Shown: one piece after another, positions 19,323-28,514 of the stretch
How positions within the stretch are numbered: the stretch's first letter is position 1
Layout of the letters: the number at the start of each line of letters is the position of its first letter
Assembly: GCA_040770465.1 (NCBI GenBank)
Contig: JAXGJB010000005.1
Span: 38,096-102,095 of the forward strand
From: Methanothrix sp.
GTDB taxonomy: Archaea; Halobacteriota; Methanosarcinia; Methanotrichales; Methanotrichaceae
Length of the DNA: 64,000 nucleotides
Direction: 5' to 3'
The notes under the pieces: generated by a model
Told to the model about the DNA's origin: nothing
What the model saw: only the letters and a program-made list of their open reading frames with translations
Database searches by the model: none
Translations under genes and position numbers: made by a program

Positions 19323-20248
19323 CGTTCTTCACCCCTGGGGATGGTGCCTTTCAGGATGGTGCCTTCGATCAGGGCTATGAAGAGGGCCGCCCCGATTATG
19401 TCCGCCGTAGACCCCGGGTTTATGTCCTCCTCTACAAACTCCCGGTCCAGCTCCTCGGCCCGACGGAGGGTCTCGGTGACATTTTGGCCCAGGATCGATC
19501 TCGCCCTCGATGACGCCTCATTCGCCCGATCGATCCCGAACTTCGAGGCGACGAGGCTGTCGGGGACCTCCGCCAGGGCCTCGAGGTAGGTCATCACCAC
19601 CCCGTCGTTTATGCCGAGATCTGAGACCCTCGTTGCGAGACGCCCGGCGAGGGCAAAGCTCCTCTCAAACCCCGTCGACCACTCTCTTGCCACCAGGTCG
19701 TGGCCCTGGGATAGGAGCATCAGGTCGAGGAGCGTCTTTCCCTCCGATCGGACCCGTTCGGCGGCGTCGGGGTCCTTCAGGCTCAGATCCTCCACCTCCG
19801 CCACCCTCGCTCCGGCGAGGTTGAAGGCGGCGTAGAACTCGAGGGCGTCCTCGGTCGTCGTCTCTTCCAGGACCCGGGCCAGCTCGGCCTTGAGGTCGCC
19901 GCCCCTTCCCGCGGCCACCGCCAGGGGGACGAGCAGGGCGATCGTTCCGAAGTGGGTGTTCTGAACCAGGCCCCAGTCCCTCCAGGAGGATACCGCCCTT
20001 CTTATCAGGCTGCCCGTCGGCTCCGAGCCTGCGGCCGCGTCCCGAAAGGTCGGATAGGATGCAGCGGCGCTGATCAGGAAGTGGTGAAACTTGATCTCCT
20101 CGAAGTCGTGGCCCCGATCGACGTTTCCGGGCTTTGGGGTTGAGGATAGCTCGATCAGCGTCGCCAAAAGTGCCGCCTGAGCTGCCCGGTCCGGTGTCGT
20201 CTTCGCCTTCGCCCCCCACATCATCTCCGCCTCACCGACCGCATTCAT
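19319..20248 (-). CDS. CitG-family triphosphoribosyl-dephospho-CoA synthase homologue
   Basis: PKPGNVDR, NTHFG, PDSLV.SKFG, INPGSTAD. Confidence 0.88.
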   Translation of the reverse strand: MNAVGEAEMMWGAKAKTTPDRAAQAALLATLIELSSTPKPGNVDRGHDFEEIKFHHFLISAAASYPTFRDAAAGSEPTGSLIRRAVSSWRDWGLVQNTHFGTIALLVPLAVAAGRGGDLKAELARVLEETTTEDALEFYAAFNLAGARVAEVEDLSLKDPDAAERVRSEGKTLLDLMLLSQGHDLVAREWSTGFERSFALAGRLATRVSDLGINDGVVMTYLEALAEVPDSLVASKFGIDRANEASSRARSILGQNVTETLRRAEELDREFVEEDINPGSTADIIGAALFIALIEGTILKGTIPRGEER

Positions 20249-20298
20249 CTACCACATTCACCGACCGCACAACCCGACCGCACAACAGGACCCCGCGT

Positions 20299-21411
20299 TC
20301 ACGCCTTCAAAAGATCCTCTGCGAGCTTCTTCTTCAGCCTCATGTACTCGTCTGGGGAGATCCCGTGGCTCTCCAGGACCGCGTCCCTCATAAAACAGGG
20401 CTTGGTGATCTTGCAGCACCAGGCGAGGCTTCCAAAGCAGGTTCCATCGCCGGGCTCAAGCGGCGTCCCCCGAGTGAGGTCAAGCTTCTTCTCGATGAAC
20501 TCTCGGGGGGGTACGCCGATCTTCTTGAGGGCTCCCAGGAGGGGGCAGTTTTTGACAGGTGGGCAGCAGAATGCGATGCCTCGAAGGTCGCCCCCGGAGC
20601 AGATGTGTTTTGGGGCGTTGTACCAGCCCACCAGATCCTGGTACTGCCGAAAGACGTCGGAGAGCCAGGCCACGAATTCGGGGTCTGCCTTATCGGAGAG
20701 GGATATCATCTCGGCCCCCATGGAGAGGACGTCTTTGGCGTCTTCAAAGCCGCCTATGTTGCATCTGACCAGAAGCTTTGGCGATCCCCCATCGGAGACC
20801 CTCTTGATCACCTTCAGAGCCGCTGGGCCGAGCCCCCGGAGGTCGATGTGGAGGGCGTCTGCCCCCGACTCCTTCAGATCCCGGGCAAGGGATCTCAGCT
20901 CATCGACATCCTTCGACGAAAACCTCACCGATAGGGCGGCTCCCGAGCCCTTGACGGCTCTGACGACCTCAGCAAGATCGTCTTTTTTAGAGAGTTCTAC
21001 CTCCATCAGCAGCTCCTCTTCGGCCGCCATCTTCCCCGCCTCTGCCAGGTCTTCGATCGAGCCTCCGGCCGTCGAGAAGCCCAGGGCTGACCGGGTCTGC
21101 AGCCGATCCAGAGCGTTCTTTATATCGGAGACGGTGACCTCGTCCAGGTTGAAGCTGCCCAGCATGATCAGCCCCGCCGAGCCGTTGAGGCCGGCGAGAT
21201 CCGATGAACCGACCGAGGAGCTGTCCGGTGAGCCGTCAGGTGAACCGTCCGATGAAACGATCGCCAGGGGATTATTCAGGTTAAGGTATCCGATTTTCAA
21301 CATCAATATCGGGCCCCATGGTGAAACTCCTGGCGGGCATATCAGCTTTTCGGCCTCGATGGGATCGATCCGATCCATCCGGATCGGCCCGTCGCCGTCG
21401 CCGGGCGTCAA
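20299..21411 (-). CDS. Methanogenesis marker 9 domain protein with TIM-barrel-like N-terminus
   Basis: C-terminal WYNAPKHIC.GGDLRGIAFCCPPVKNCP...TCFGSLAWCCKITKPC; true start may be near MLKIG. Confidence 0.88.
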   Translation of the reverse strand: MTPGDGDGPIRMDRIDPIEAEKLICPPGVSPWGPILMLKIGYLNLNNPLAIVSSDGSPDGSPDSSSVGSSDLAGLNGSAGLIMLGSFNLDEVTVSDIKNALDRLQTRSALGFSTAGGSIEDLAEAGKMAAEEELLMEVELSKKDDLAEVVRAVKGSGAALSVRFSSKDVDELRSLARDLKESGADALHIDLRGLGPAALKVIKRVSDGGSPKLLVRCNIGGFEDAKDVLSMGAEMISLSDKADPEFVAWLSDVFRQYQDLVGWYNAPKHICSGGDLRGIAFCCPPVKNCPLLGALKKIGVPPREFIEKKLDLTRGTPLEPGDGTCFGSLAWCCKITKPCFMRDAVLESHGISPDEYMRLKKKLAEDLLKA

Positions 21412-21450
21412 AATTGTGACATAAAGAAAAAAATGAGGGTTTTTAATCGA

Positions 21451-21573
21451 TCAAGCCTTCTTGGTCAGAACCATCGGCTTTCCGCAGCAGACCAGCTGGC
21501 CTGCGCCAGCCTCCTGGACTTCCACCACGTTGCCGCAGACCTCACACCGATAAACCTCGCCAACTTTGGTCAA
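21451..21573 (-). CDS. Desulforedoxin (stand-alone Fe(SCys)4 domain), 40 aa, not in ORF track
   Basis: TTG start after AGGTGA; [40 protein letters not shown] with CxxC...CC; followed by oligo-T on the minus strand. Confidence 0.92.
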   Translation of the reverse strand: MTKVGEVYRCEVCGNVVEVQEAGAGQLVCCGKPMVLTKKA

Positions 21574-21721
21574 ATCATCTCACCTCTAGCCCTTCAGTTT
21601 GGACTTTTTACTTTAAGGCTCTTTTGCCGAAGGGACCTAGCCGTAGGGACCCGGTGGGTCCGGCCGGTTCTGCCAGGATGATCACGGGGATCTCATCTGG
21701 GTTGGACATGGAGCCTGAGGG

Positions 21722-22567
21722 TCACTCGAACCCCTCGACGAAGCTTTTGACGCAGAGGCCGATGTCGGAGTGGTAGCCCCCCTCCAGGATGGCGAACCTC
21801 CGACCTTCGCACTTCTCCTCCGCTCCCTCTCTGACGATCCGGCCGATCTCCCGATAGTCCGAGAGGGTGAGGAGGCCCCCCCAGTCCTCGATGTAGGTGT
21901 CAAACCCGGCCGAGACCGCCACCAGGTCGAAGTCGGTGATCGCGACCGCCCTCTCGACCTGGTCCAGGTACCCGGTCCTGTCCAGCTTCAGGTAGTCGAA
22001 CCCCGCGTCGATGGCGCCGATGTTGACTATCTTCACCATATCGTCCCACCGGAATATGCTGACGGTCCCGTCGCCGAAGTGGAGGTCGATGTCGATGATC
22101 AGGACCTTTCCCTTCCGGCCCGCCGCCACGCCCTCGATCTGGCCCTCCATCTCGCCCTCTATCCGACCATCCATCCGTCCCTCCGGCCCGCCCCCGATCC
22201 GGCCTTCTATCTTCCTGACGGCGACGGCCATGTTGTTGAAGTAGCACATCCCCCAGGCGTGGGTGGCGGAGGCGTGGTGGCCCGGCGGCCGGATCAGGGC
22301 GAAGGCGGGCTCTCCCGCCAGGGCCAGCTCGGCGGCGAGGCATGCGCCCCCGGCCGCGAGAAGGGCGGGCTGTAGCATCCCCTTTTGCCTCACCCGCTCG
22401 ATGTGCTCGGGGCTGTGGACCCTCGATACGTCATCGGAGCTTGCAGGGAGGGGCTCCGCGAACTCGCGGCCCACGAGCGCCTGGGCCGGCAGCCTCGCCC
22501 GGTCGGGGCTCTCGACGGGGTTTGTGGAATATCGCTCTTCGAAACGCTTGGAGTATACGATCTTCAT
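21722..22567 (-). CDS. Histone deacetylase / acetylpolyamine amidohydrolase family protein
   Basis: RPPGHHA, G.CYFNN, DIDLHFGDGT, SAGFD, LEGGY. Confidence 0.92.
   Translation of the reverse strand: MKIVYSKRFEERYSTNPVESPDRARLPAQALVGREFAEPLPASSDDVSRVHSPEHIERVRQKGMLQPALLAAGGACLAAELALAGEPAFALIRPPGHHASATHAWGMCYFNNMAVAVRKIEGRIGGGPEGRMDGRIEGEMEGQIEGVAAGRKGKVLIIDIDLHFGDGTVSIFRWDDMVKIVNIGAIDAGFDYLKLDRTGYLDQVERAVAITDFDLVAVSAGFDTYIEDWGGLLTLSDYREIGRIVREGAEEKCEGRRFAILEGGYHSDIGLCVKSFVEGFE
22131..22214. repeat. Seven degenerate 12-bp tandem units inside the HDAC gene
   Basis: ccctcgatctgg ccctccatctcg ccctctatccga ccatccatccgt ccctccggcccg cccccgatccgg ccttctatcttc, encoding (K/R/Q)IEG-like tetrapeptides. 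Confidence 0.8.
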
Positions 22568-22746
22568 GATCTGACCTTGCTTTCATCCGATCCGGGGTTT
22601 TTTCAACCTGGCGGCAGCGCCCGCGGAGAAAGTAACGGGTTAGCTCGTGGCCTGGTTGTGGCAGGGTTGGGGCTGGCCTGGCGCTGAAGAGGACAACAGA
22701 TTTTAAAGGGTGGAGACGAATATATTCAGCGTTTAAGAGGGATCGG

Positions 22747-25275
22747 ATGAGGCTCGGATGGATCTTGGCGTCGATCGTTCTGCTCGCCCTGCTGGCAGCG
22801 CCAGCTCATGCGGCGGAGGATGAGGTTGATGACGTTATTTTGGTCGTTAACGAGTCGGATCCTGTAGAGTTGTACAACAAGGGCGTTGATCTCTTTAACA
22901 GCGGTAAGTACGAAGAGGCTCTGGATTGCTACAACAAAGCACTCGAAATCGAACCTGAGTATGTGGACGCCTGGAACAGCAAGGGCAATGTTCTCGTAGG
23001 CATGAAGAGAAGCGAGGAGGCGTTGGATTGTTTCGATAGGGCGCTCGAACTCAATCCGACAAATGCGAATGCAAGGTTCGCATGGAGTGGTAAGGGAGGA
23101 GCTTTCGTAGACCTAAAGAGGTACGATGAGGCTTTGGATAGTTTCAAGATCGCGCTCGAACTCGACCCAGAGTATGTGTATGCTTGGTGTCGGAAGGGAG
23201 ACTCTCTCGTAAGCTTGGCGAGGTATGATGAAGCTCTGGTTTGTTACGATAAAGCGCTAGAACTCGACCCTGAGTTTGTGTACTCCTGGAACGGTAAGGG
23301 CAATGCACTCTATGGCTTGGCCGAGTACGGAAAGGCTCTAGATTGTTTCGATAGGGCGCTCGAACTCAACCCTGTGCTTGTGGACTCTTGGAACGGCATG
23401 GGCAACGCTCTCATAGGCCTGGAGAGGTTTGACGAAGCTTTTGATTATTATAATAAAGCGCTTGAACTCGACTTTGAGTATGTGCATGCTTGGAACAACA
23501 AAGGCAATGCTCTTATTTCCCTCGGCAGGTTCGACGAAGCTCTGGCTTGTTACAATAATGCGCTCGAAATCGACTCCGAGTATGTGTATGCCTGGAACGG
23601 TAAGGGCAATGCACTCTATGGCTTGGCCGAGTACGGAAAGGCTCTAGATTGTTACGATAAGGCGCTCGAACTCAACTCTGTGCTTGTGTACGCATGGAAC
23701 GGTAAGGGCAATACTCTCTTAGAACTGGACATGGACGACAAGGCTTTGGATTGTTATAATAGAGCGCTTGAACTTGACCCTGAGTACGTATACGCTTGGA
23801 ACGGTAAGGGGTTTACTCTTTACAAATTGAATCAAACTGAGGAGGCAATCGAATACTATAGCATGGCCCTGCAGCTTGATTCGAGAATTCCACAATTCTG
23901 GTACAACAAAGGTGACGCTCTCGAAAGTTTAAACAGATCTGCTGAGGCAGCGATGGCTTATTCTCTTGGAAGGGAATGGGAACTGAACCCTTCGATGAAA
24001 ATTGGCATATTCGCTGCGTTCATTATTGCGTATTTTGCGCTCGTCGCGGGATGGTATGCAGTCACAAGAAGAATCGGAAAATTGAAGGTATCGATAGTCA
24101 TCCTTTCGATCAACCTGCTAGGTTTTTTGACGATGGTAGGTCTCCTGGCAGGCCTGTTCGACGTACCCCTCATCGGACAGTTTCTGGCCGGTGGGATTTT
24201 GATGGTCTTGATGTCGGCTGCTCTGTGGTCCTTCTCCGGATCTCCTATAAATCCCTGGATGATGCAGCTGGCTTTGGCGATTGAGAACTTCGAGATAAGG
24301 TGTCCCCGCCTATCCCAATCGATCAAGGTGGTCGGTCTTATGGCGGTTCTAATCTACGCCACGATCGCCACCGTCTTTTACTTCCGGTTTTTCATCGGCT
24401 CTGAGATATCCATGGTTCACTTCCTCGAATTATCCTTCGTATCGATATTTTTGTTGGGGCTAGTTGTTACCCTTCCGCCGATCATGATGGCGATGCTGTC
24501 AAAGAATATGGATCGAATGACACGCGACGTTCTTCTCATCTTTCAGTTCGGACACCTCGGAATAAGCGTCCTTTATCTTGGTCTGATCCTCTGGATATTT
24601 GAGATCGGAAGCTTCGATCACTCAATTAAGCTTGGGACCATCAAGTTCCCTATGTCGCCCCATTTCCTTGGATTTATGATGGTTCTCTTCGTGATCTCGA
24701 TTCTCGGTCCTTACGTCTCAGGTTGGAAGCGGGCGAGCAAGTGGGGTCTAACTCTTCTCGGAAACGAGCGGACGTGGCTAGAGAAGCTGCTTGACGTCCT
24801 GGATTTTCCTACGTCCAGCCTTTACGTTTCGAAGTTACAGAGGATCCAGGAAGAGATCAAAGACGACAAAACGATCTCCGGTCTGAACGAAGAGTTCGCT
24901 CGGATCGGATTAGTCTACGGAGCCAGAGTTCTCCGACTGGACCCGCGGTTCTGTTATAGGGACTTTTTGGTGGGGCTTAAAGATCGAATAGCTGAGAATA
25001 TCGATCAGTTTGAGGCGCTTGGTGACGACGAGGAGAGGATAACAGAACTTGCGAGCATTTACTCGAATGCGTACCGCATTCGTAGAGACGAGATCGTCGG
25101 CATGATCGAGCGAGAGGGGCAATTCAAGCCAAAGTTCTGGATCGCCCTCGCCCTCATCTTCACTCCGCTCCTCGGCCAGATCCTCGCCTGTCTAATCAAC
25201 TCAATTATGAATGTAATGGTCGGGTCGGAACTCGGCGGGCTCATCACTTCGACCCCCGCATTGCCTCTCCCTTAG
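22747..25275 (+). CDS. Signal peptide + about 11 TPR repeats + polytopic membrane domain
   Basis: 34-aa W..KG..L..L..Y.EAL..Y..ALELDP repeats followed by about 8 hydrophobic segments. Confidence 0.85.
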   Translation: MRLGWILASIVLLALLAAPAHAAEDEVDDVILVVNESDPVELYNKGVDLFNSGKYEEALDCYNKALEIEPEYVDAWNSKGNVLVGMKRSEEALDCFDRALELNPTNANARFAWSGKGGAFVDLKRYDEALDSFKIALELDPEYVYAWCRKGDSLVSLARYDEALVCYDKALELDPEFVYSWNGKGNALYGLAEYGKALDCFDRALELNPVLVDSWNGMGNALIGLERFDEAFDYYNKALELDFEYVHAWNNKGNALISLGRFDEALACYNNALEIDSEYVYAWNGKGNALYGLAEYGKALDCYDKALELNSVLVYAWNGKGNTLLELDMDDKALDCYNRALELDPEYVYAWNGKGFTLYKLNQTEEAIEYYSMALQLDSRIPQFWYNKGDALESLNRSAEAAMAYSLGREWELNPSMKIGIFAAFIIAYFALVAGWYAVTRRIGKLKVSIVILSINLLGFLTMVGLLAGLFDVPLIGQFLAGGILMVLMSAALWSFSGSPINPWMMQLALAIENFEIRCPRLSQSIKVVGLMAVLIYATIATVFYFRFFIGSEISMVHFLELSFVSIFLLGLVVTLPPIMMAMLSKNMDRMTRDVLLIFQFGHLGISVLYLGLILWIFEIGSFDHSIKLGTIKFPMSPHFLGFMMVLFVISILGPYVSGWKRASKWGLTLLGNERTWLEKLLDVLDFPTSSLYVSKLQRIQEEIKDDKTISGLNEEFARIGLVYGARVLRLDPRFCYRDFLVGLKDRIAENIDQFEALGDDEERITELASIYSNAYRIRRDEIVGMIEREGQFKPKFWIALALIFTPLLGQILACLINSIMNVMVGSELGGLITSTPALPLP

Positions 25276-25325
25276 TTGATATGCTCCCACAGATCGCTCC
25301 GCAAATGAAACAAAAGGTGATCAAG

Positions 25326-25907
25326 ATGTCCGAAGATGATAAGCTCGAAGCCTACCGCCAAAAGAGAGACTTCGCCAAGACCAGCGAACCCTCGGGCTCC
25401 GGCGAGAGAAAGACGCAAGATAAGCCCCGCTATTCCATCCAGAAGCACAGATCGAAGAGGCTCCACTACGACCTGCGGCTGGAGGTCGAGGGCGTCCTCA
25501 AGTCCTGGGCGATCCCCAAGGGCCCCTCAGTTGACACCAAGGAGAAGCGGCTCGCCGTCCCCACCGAGGACCACCCCCTCGACTACATCGACTTTGAGGG
25601 GACGATCCCAGAGGGGGAGTACGGCGCCGGCGGCGTCATCGTCTGGGACATCGGGACCTACGAGAACACCACCAGCGCCGACGGCGTGGGGGTGCCGATG
25701 AATGAAGCCCTGGAGAAGGGGCACGCCACCCTCTTTCTATCGGGCAAGAAGCTTTTGGGCGGCTTCGCCCTCACCCGGACCGGCCGGGGGAAGAACGAGC
25801 GGTGGATCCTGGTGAAGATGAGAGACGACTTCGCTCGGACAGACCTCGACATCCTGGAGGCGGAGCCCGATTCTGCCCTGACGGGAAGGTCGGTCGATGA
25901 GGTCTGA
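25326..25907 (+). CDS. Stand-alone LigD 3'-phosphoesterase (PE) domain protein
   Basis: Y..KRDF.KT.EP, QKH...RLHYDLRLE, KSWAIPKGP, EDHPLDY..FEG.IP.GEYGAG.V..WD.G. Confidence 0.93.
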   Translation: MSEDDKLEAYRQKRDFAKTSEPSGSGERKTQDKPRYSIQKHRSKRLHYDLRLEVEGVLKSWAIPKGPSVDTKEKRLAVPTEDHPLDYIDFEGTIPEGEYGAGGVIVWDIGTYENTTSADGVGVPMNEALEKGHATLFLSGKKLLGGFALTRTGRGKNERWILVKMRDDFARTDLDILEAEPDSALTGRSVDEV

Positions 25908-25996
25908 TCCGCCCGTTCGGCTCCGTCGTGTCCGGCTCTGTGCTCAGAGAGGGTTGAAGTAAGGTGGCGGTAGGGACGCAAGGAGAAGGGAAAACG

Positions 25997-26563
25997 ATGG
26001 CAGAAGAATATCAAGATACTTCGAACGAGGGCTGGCACCGGCTTTATCCTGAGGAGCCAATCCCCTCCCGCCAGGAAGTGGGAGAAACTCTGCGCCGGTT
26101 TCTGGAGGGTGCGGGCTACAACGTCAGCCGGTCGTCGCCCATAGGGTTTGTGATGCCGGATCTTGTCGCCTCTCGGGAAATTGAGGGTGTTCATCACGAG
26201 ATGGTCTTTGTGATCGGCGCGGGGATCAACGACGCCGTCCGGGGTTTTCGAGACCTTGCTGCTGCCAGGCTCTTTCGCGGTGGGGATCTCGACTACGTCC
26301 TCGTTTTGCCGCCGGTTTCAGAGCATTTTCTCATTGAGTTTCTGATCGAGAAGGAGGACTGGTTTTTTCCGATCAAGGACCAGCTATTCCAGCTCTGGCT
26401 CGTCAACCCAGAGAGGAAGACCGTAAACTGCCTGATCGGCTGGCCTCGTGATGGAACTTTCAGGGACCACTTCTCAAATCCCATCCTGGCGGAGTTTGCG
26501 GCCTACATCGCCAACAAGGCTGGGGAGAAGATGATGAAAGAGGAGTTCGGGGACGAATCCTAG
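25997..26563 (+). CDS. Hypothetical protein, possible restriction-endonuclease-like fold
   Basis: ATG after AGGAG; FLEGAGYNV...PDLVA pattern typical of the first half of PD-(D/E)XK folds; second motif not evident. Confidence 0.5.
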   Translation: MAEEYQDTSNEGWHRLYPEEPIPSRQEVGETLRRFLEGAGYNVSRSSPIGFVMPDLVASREIEGVHHEMVFVIGAGINDAVRGFRDLAAARLFRGGDLDYVLVLPPVSEHFLIEFLIEKEDWFFPIKDQLFQLWLVNPERKTVNCLIGWPRDGTFRDHFSNPILAEFAAYIANKAGEKMMKEEFGDES

Positions 26564-26640
26564 GAACTGATAGAAACACAGAAAAAATAATTTAAGTGGT
26601 GGACGAAGTGGCTAAGCCGGCCCTTTCGTCTACCTTCTAC

Positions 26641-27930
26641 CTACACTTCCCCTGCCTTCTTGTAAAAGACCCTCTTCGCCTTCCCTTCCTGTCGGGGCAG
26701 GCCGCCGATGGGGTAGACGTCCCCTTTCGGGCTGAAGCCGAGGGCCTCCTTCAGGGCCTTCTCGACGACGTAGCCGGTCACCCCCGCCTCGGCCTCGACG
26801 TTGATCCGGACGTCCTTCATCCCGTCGGTCTCCTCGATGATGATCTGGTAGTTCGCGCCTACGCCGGGGATCTGCATCAACGCCTGCTCGACCTGCTTGG
26901 GGAAGAAGTTCACCCCCTTTATGATCAGCATGTCGTCGATCCTCCCGGTGATGGGGGCGATCTTGACGTGGGTTCTGCCGCAGTCGCACGCCTCTCGGCT
27001 GATGACTTTCGTCAGGTCCGCCGTCCTGAACCGGATGACGGGAAGCGCCTCTCGCGTCAGGGCGGTTACGACCAGCTCCCCGGTCTCGCCGTCGTCGACG
27101 GGCTCGCCGGTCTCGGGGTCGATCACCTCGACGATGTAGTGGTCCTCCCAGACGTGCAGGCCGTCGTGGGCAGTGCAGTCCATCCCCAGGGTGCCGACTC
27201 CGCCCGACTCGGTCATCCCGTAGATATCGAAGGCCTCGATCCCGAGCCCTTCGGAGATCTTCTTTTTCATGGAGTCGCTGAAGACCTCGGCGCCGAAGAT
27301 CCCGATTTCGAGGTCCGGGAGGGACTCGTTCATCTCCTCCATCACCTCCATCAGCCGGATCCCGTAGCTGACGACGCCGGTGAGAACCCGGGTTTTGAAG
27401 TCCCTCGCGAGCCTGATCTGGCGGGCGGTGTTCCCCGGCCCCGCCGGGATGATGAAGAGGCCTGCGGCCCGTGCTCCGTGGTACATCCCAAAGCCGCCGT
27501 TGAAGAGGCCGAATAAGGGCGTGATCTGGGCGGCGTCTCCGGGAACCGCTCCCCCCATCCGGTAGCATCGGGCCATGCACTCCGCCCACTGGTCGAGGTC
27601 AGCTTGCGTATAGGGCATGACCACGGGCGTTCCCGTCGAGCCGCTGGACATGTGCATCTCGACGACCCTCTTCCTATCGACGCAGGATAGGCCGAGCGGG
27701 TAGCTCTCCCGAAGTAGGTCTTTGTTTGTCAGGGGGAGCTTCGTCACGTCCTCGACGGACTTTATATCCTCAGGGGAGACGCCGTGCTCGTCGAAGAGCC
27801 TCCTGTAGATCGCGTTCGACGAGTAGACGTATTTCGCGATCTTTCTCAGCCGACGGCCCTGAAGCTCTCTGATATCCCCAAGCTCTGCCGTCTCCATCTT
27901 CTCGTTCTGAAAATTGCCCTTTACTCTCAT
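26641..27930 (-). CDS. paaK: Phenylacetate--CoA ligase family protein
   Basis: HMSSGSTG, DIYGMTE, RFRTAD, GRIDDMLIIKGVNFFP. Confidence 0.9.
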   Translation of the reverse strand: MRVKGNFQNEKMETAELGDIRELQGRRLRKIAKYVYSSNAIYRRLFDEHGVSPEDIKSVEDVTKLPLTNKDLLRESYPLGLSCVDRKRVVEMHMSSGSTGTPVVMPYTQADLDQWAECMARCYRMGGAVPGDAAQITPLFGLFNGGFGMYHGARAAGLFIIPAGPGNTARQIRLARDFKTRVLTGVVSYGIRLMEVMEEMNESLPDLEIGIFGAEVFSDSMKKKISEGLGIEAFDIYGMTESGGVGTLGMDCTAHDGLHVWEDHYIVEVIDPETGEPVDDGETGELVVTALTREALPVIRFRTADLTKVISREACDCGRTHVKIAPITGRIDDMLIIKGVNFFPKQVEQALMQIPGVGANYQIIIEETDGMKDVRINVEAEAGVTGYVVEKALKEALGFSPKGDVYPIGGLPRQEGKAKRVFYKKAGEV

Positions 27931-28514
27931 CTGATATTCCTTCCGATCTCAAAAGCTCTCAAGTTCAGATCCCTCTGCTTCTCCTTGACCGATGATGCGA
28001 TCGCCGCCTCCCACGCCTCAGTTGGGAGGGCGAGGCCTCGCGACAACGCCCCCAGAAGGACGATATTTGCAGCCCTTATGTTCCCAAGCTCCACCGCCTT
28101 CTCTCCGGCGTCGAAGTAGACGAGCCGCGGGAACGCCTTCCTCAGCCGATCGGCGACGTCTTTCGGGTAGGTCGCCGCACCAGAGGATACCGTCACCGGG
28201 ACGACGGAGGTGGCGCTGACGACGGCAAGGCCCGAAGGGGCGGCATAGTGGGCGTACCGGAGGGCCTCTATCTCCTCAAGGGAGCCTAGGGCGTCGGCAG
28301 TCCCCTCGGGGACCGTCGGGCTGAAGACTTCGGCACCGTAGCGGACGTGGGCGATCACCGAGCCGCCCCGCTGGGCCATCCCGTGGACCTCGTTCGTCTT
28401 AACCTCGAACCCGGCAAGCATCGCCGCCTTTGCAGTGACGGTGCTGGCGAGGAGAATCCCCTGTCCTCCTACCCCCACGAAGACGACGCTCGTCGTCTTG
28501 CCGGTCGACATCAT
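27927..28514 (-). CDS. iorB: Indolepyruvate:ferredoxin oxidoreductase beta subunit
   Basis: GVGGQG, EVHGMAQRGGSV, N.VLLGA. Confidence 0.93.
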   Translation of the reverse strand: MMSTGKTTSVVFVGVGGQGILLASTVTAKAAMLAGFEVKTNEVHGMAQRGGSVIAHVRYGAEVFSPTVPEGTADALGSLEEIEALRYAHYAAPSGLAVVSATSVVPVTVSSGAATYPKDVADRLRKAFPRLVYFDAGEKAVELGNIRAANIVLLGALSRGLALPTEAWEAAIASSVKEKQRDLNLRAFEIGRNIR

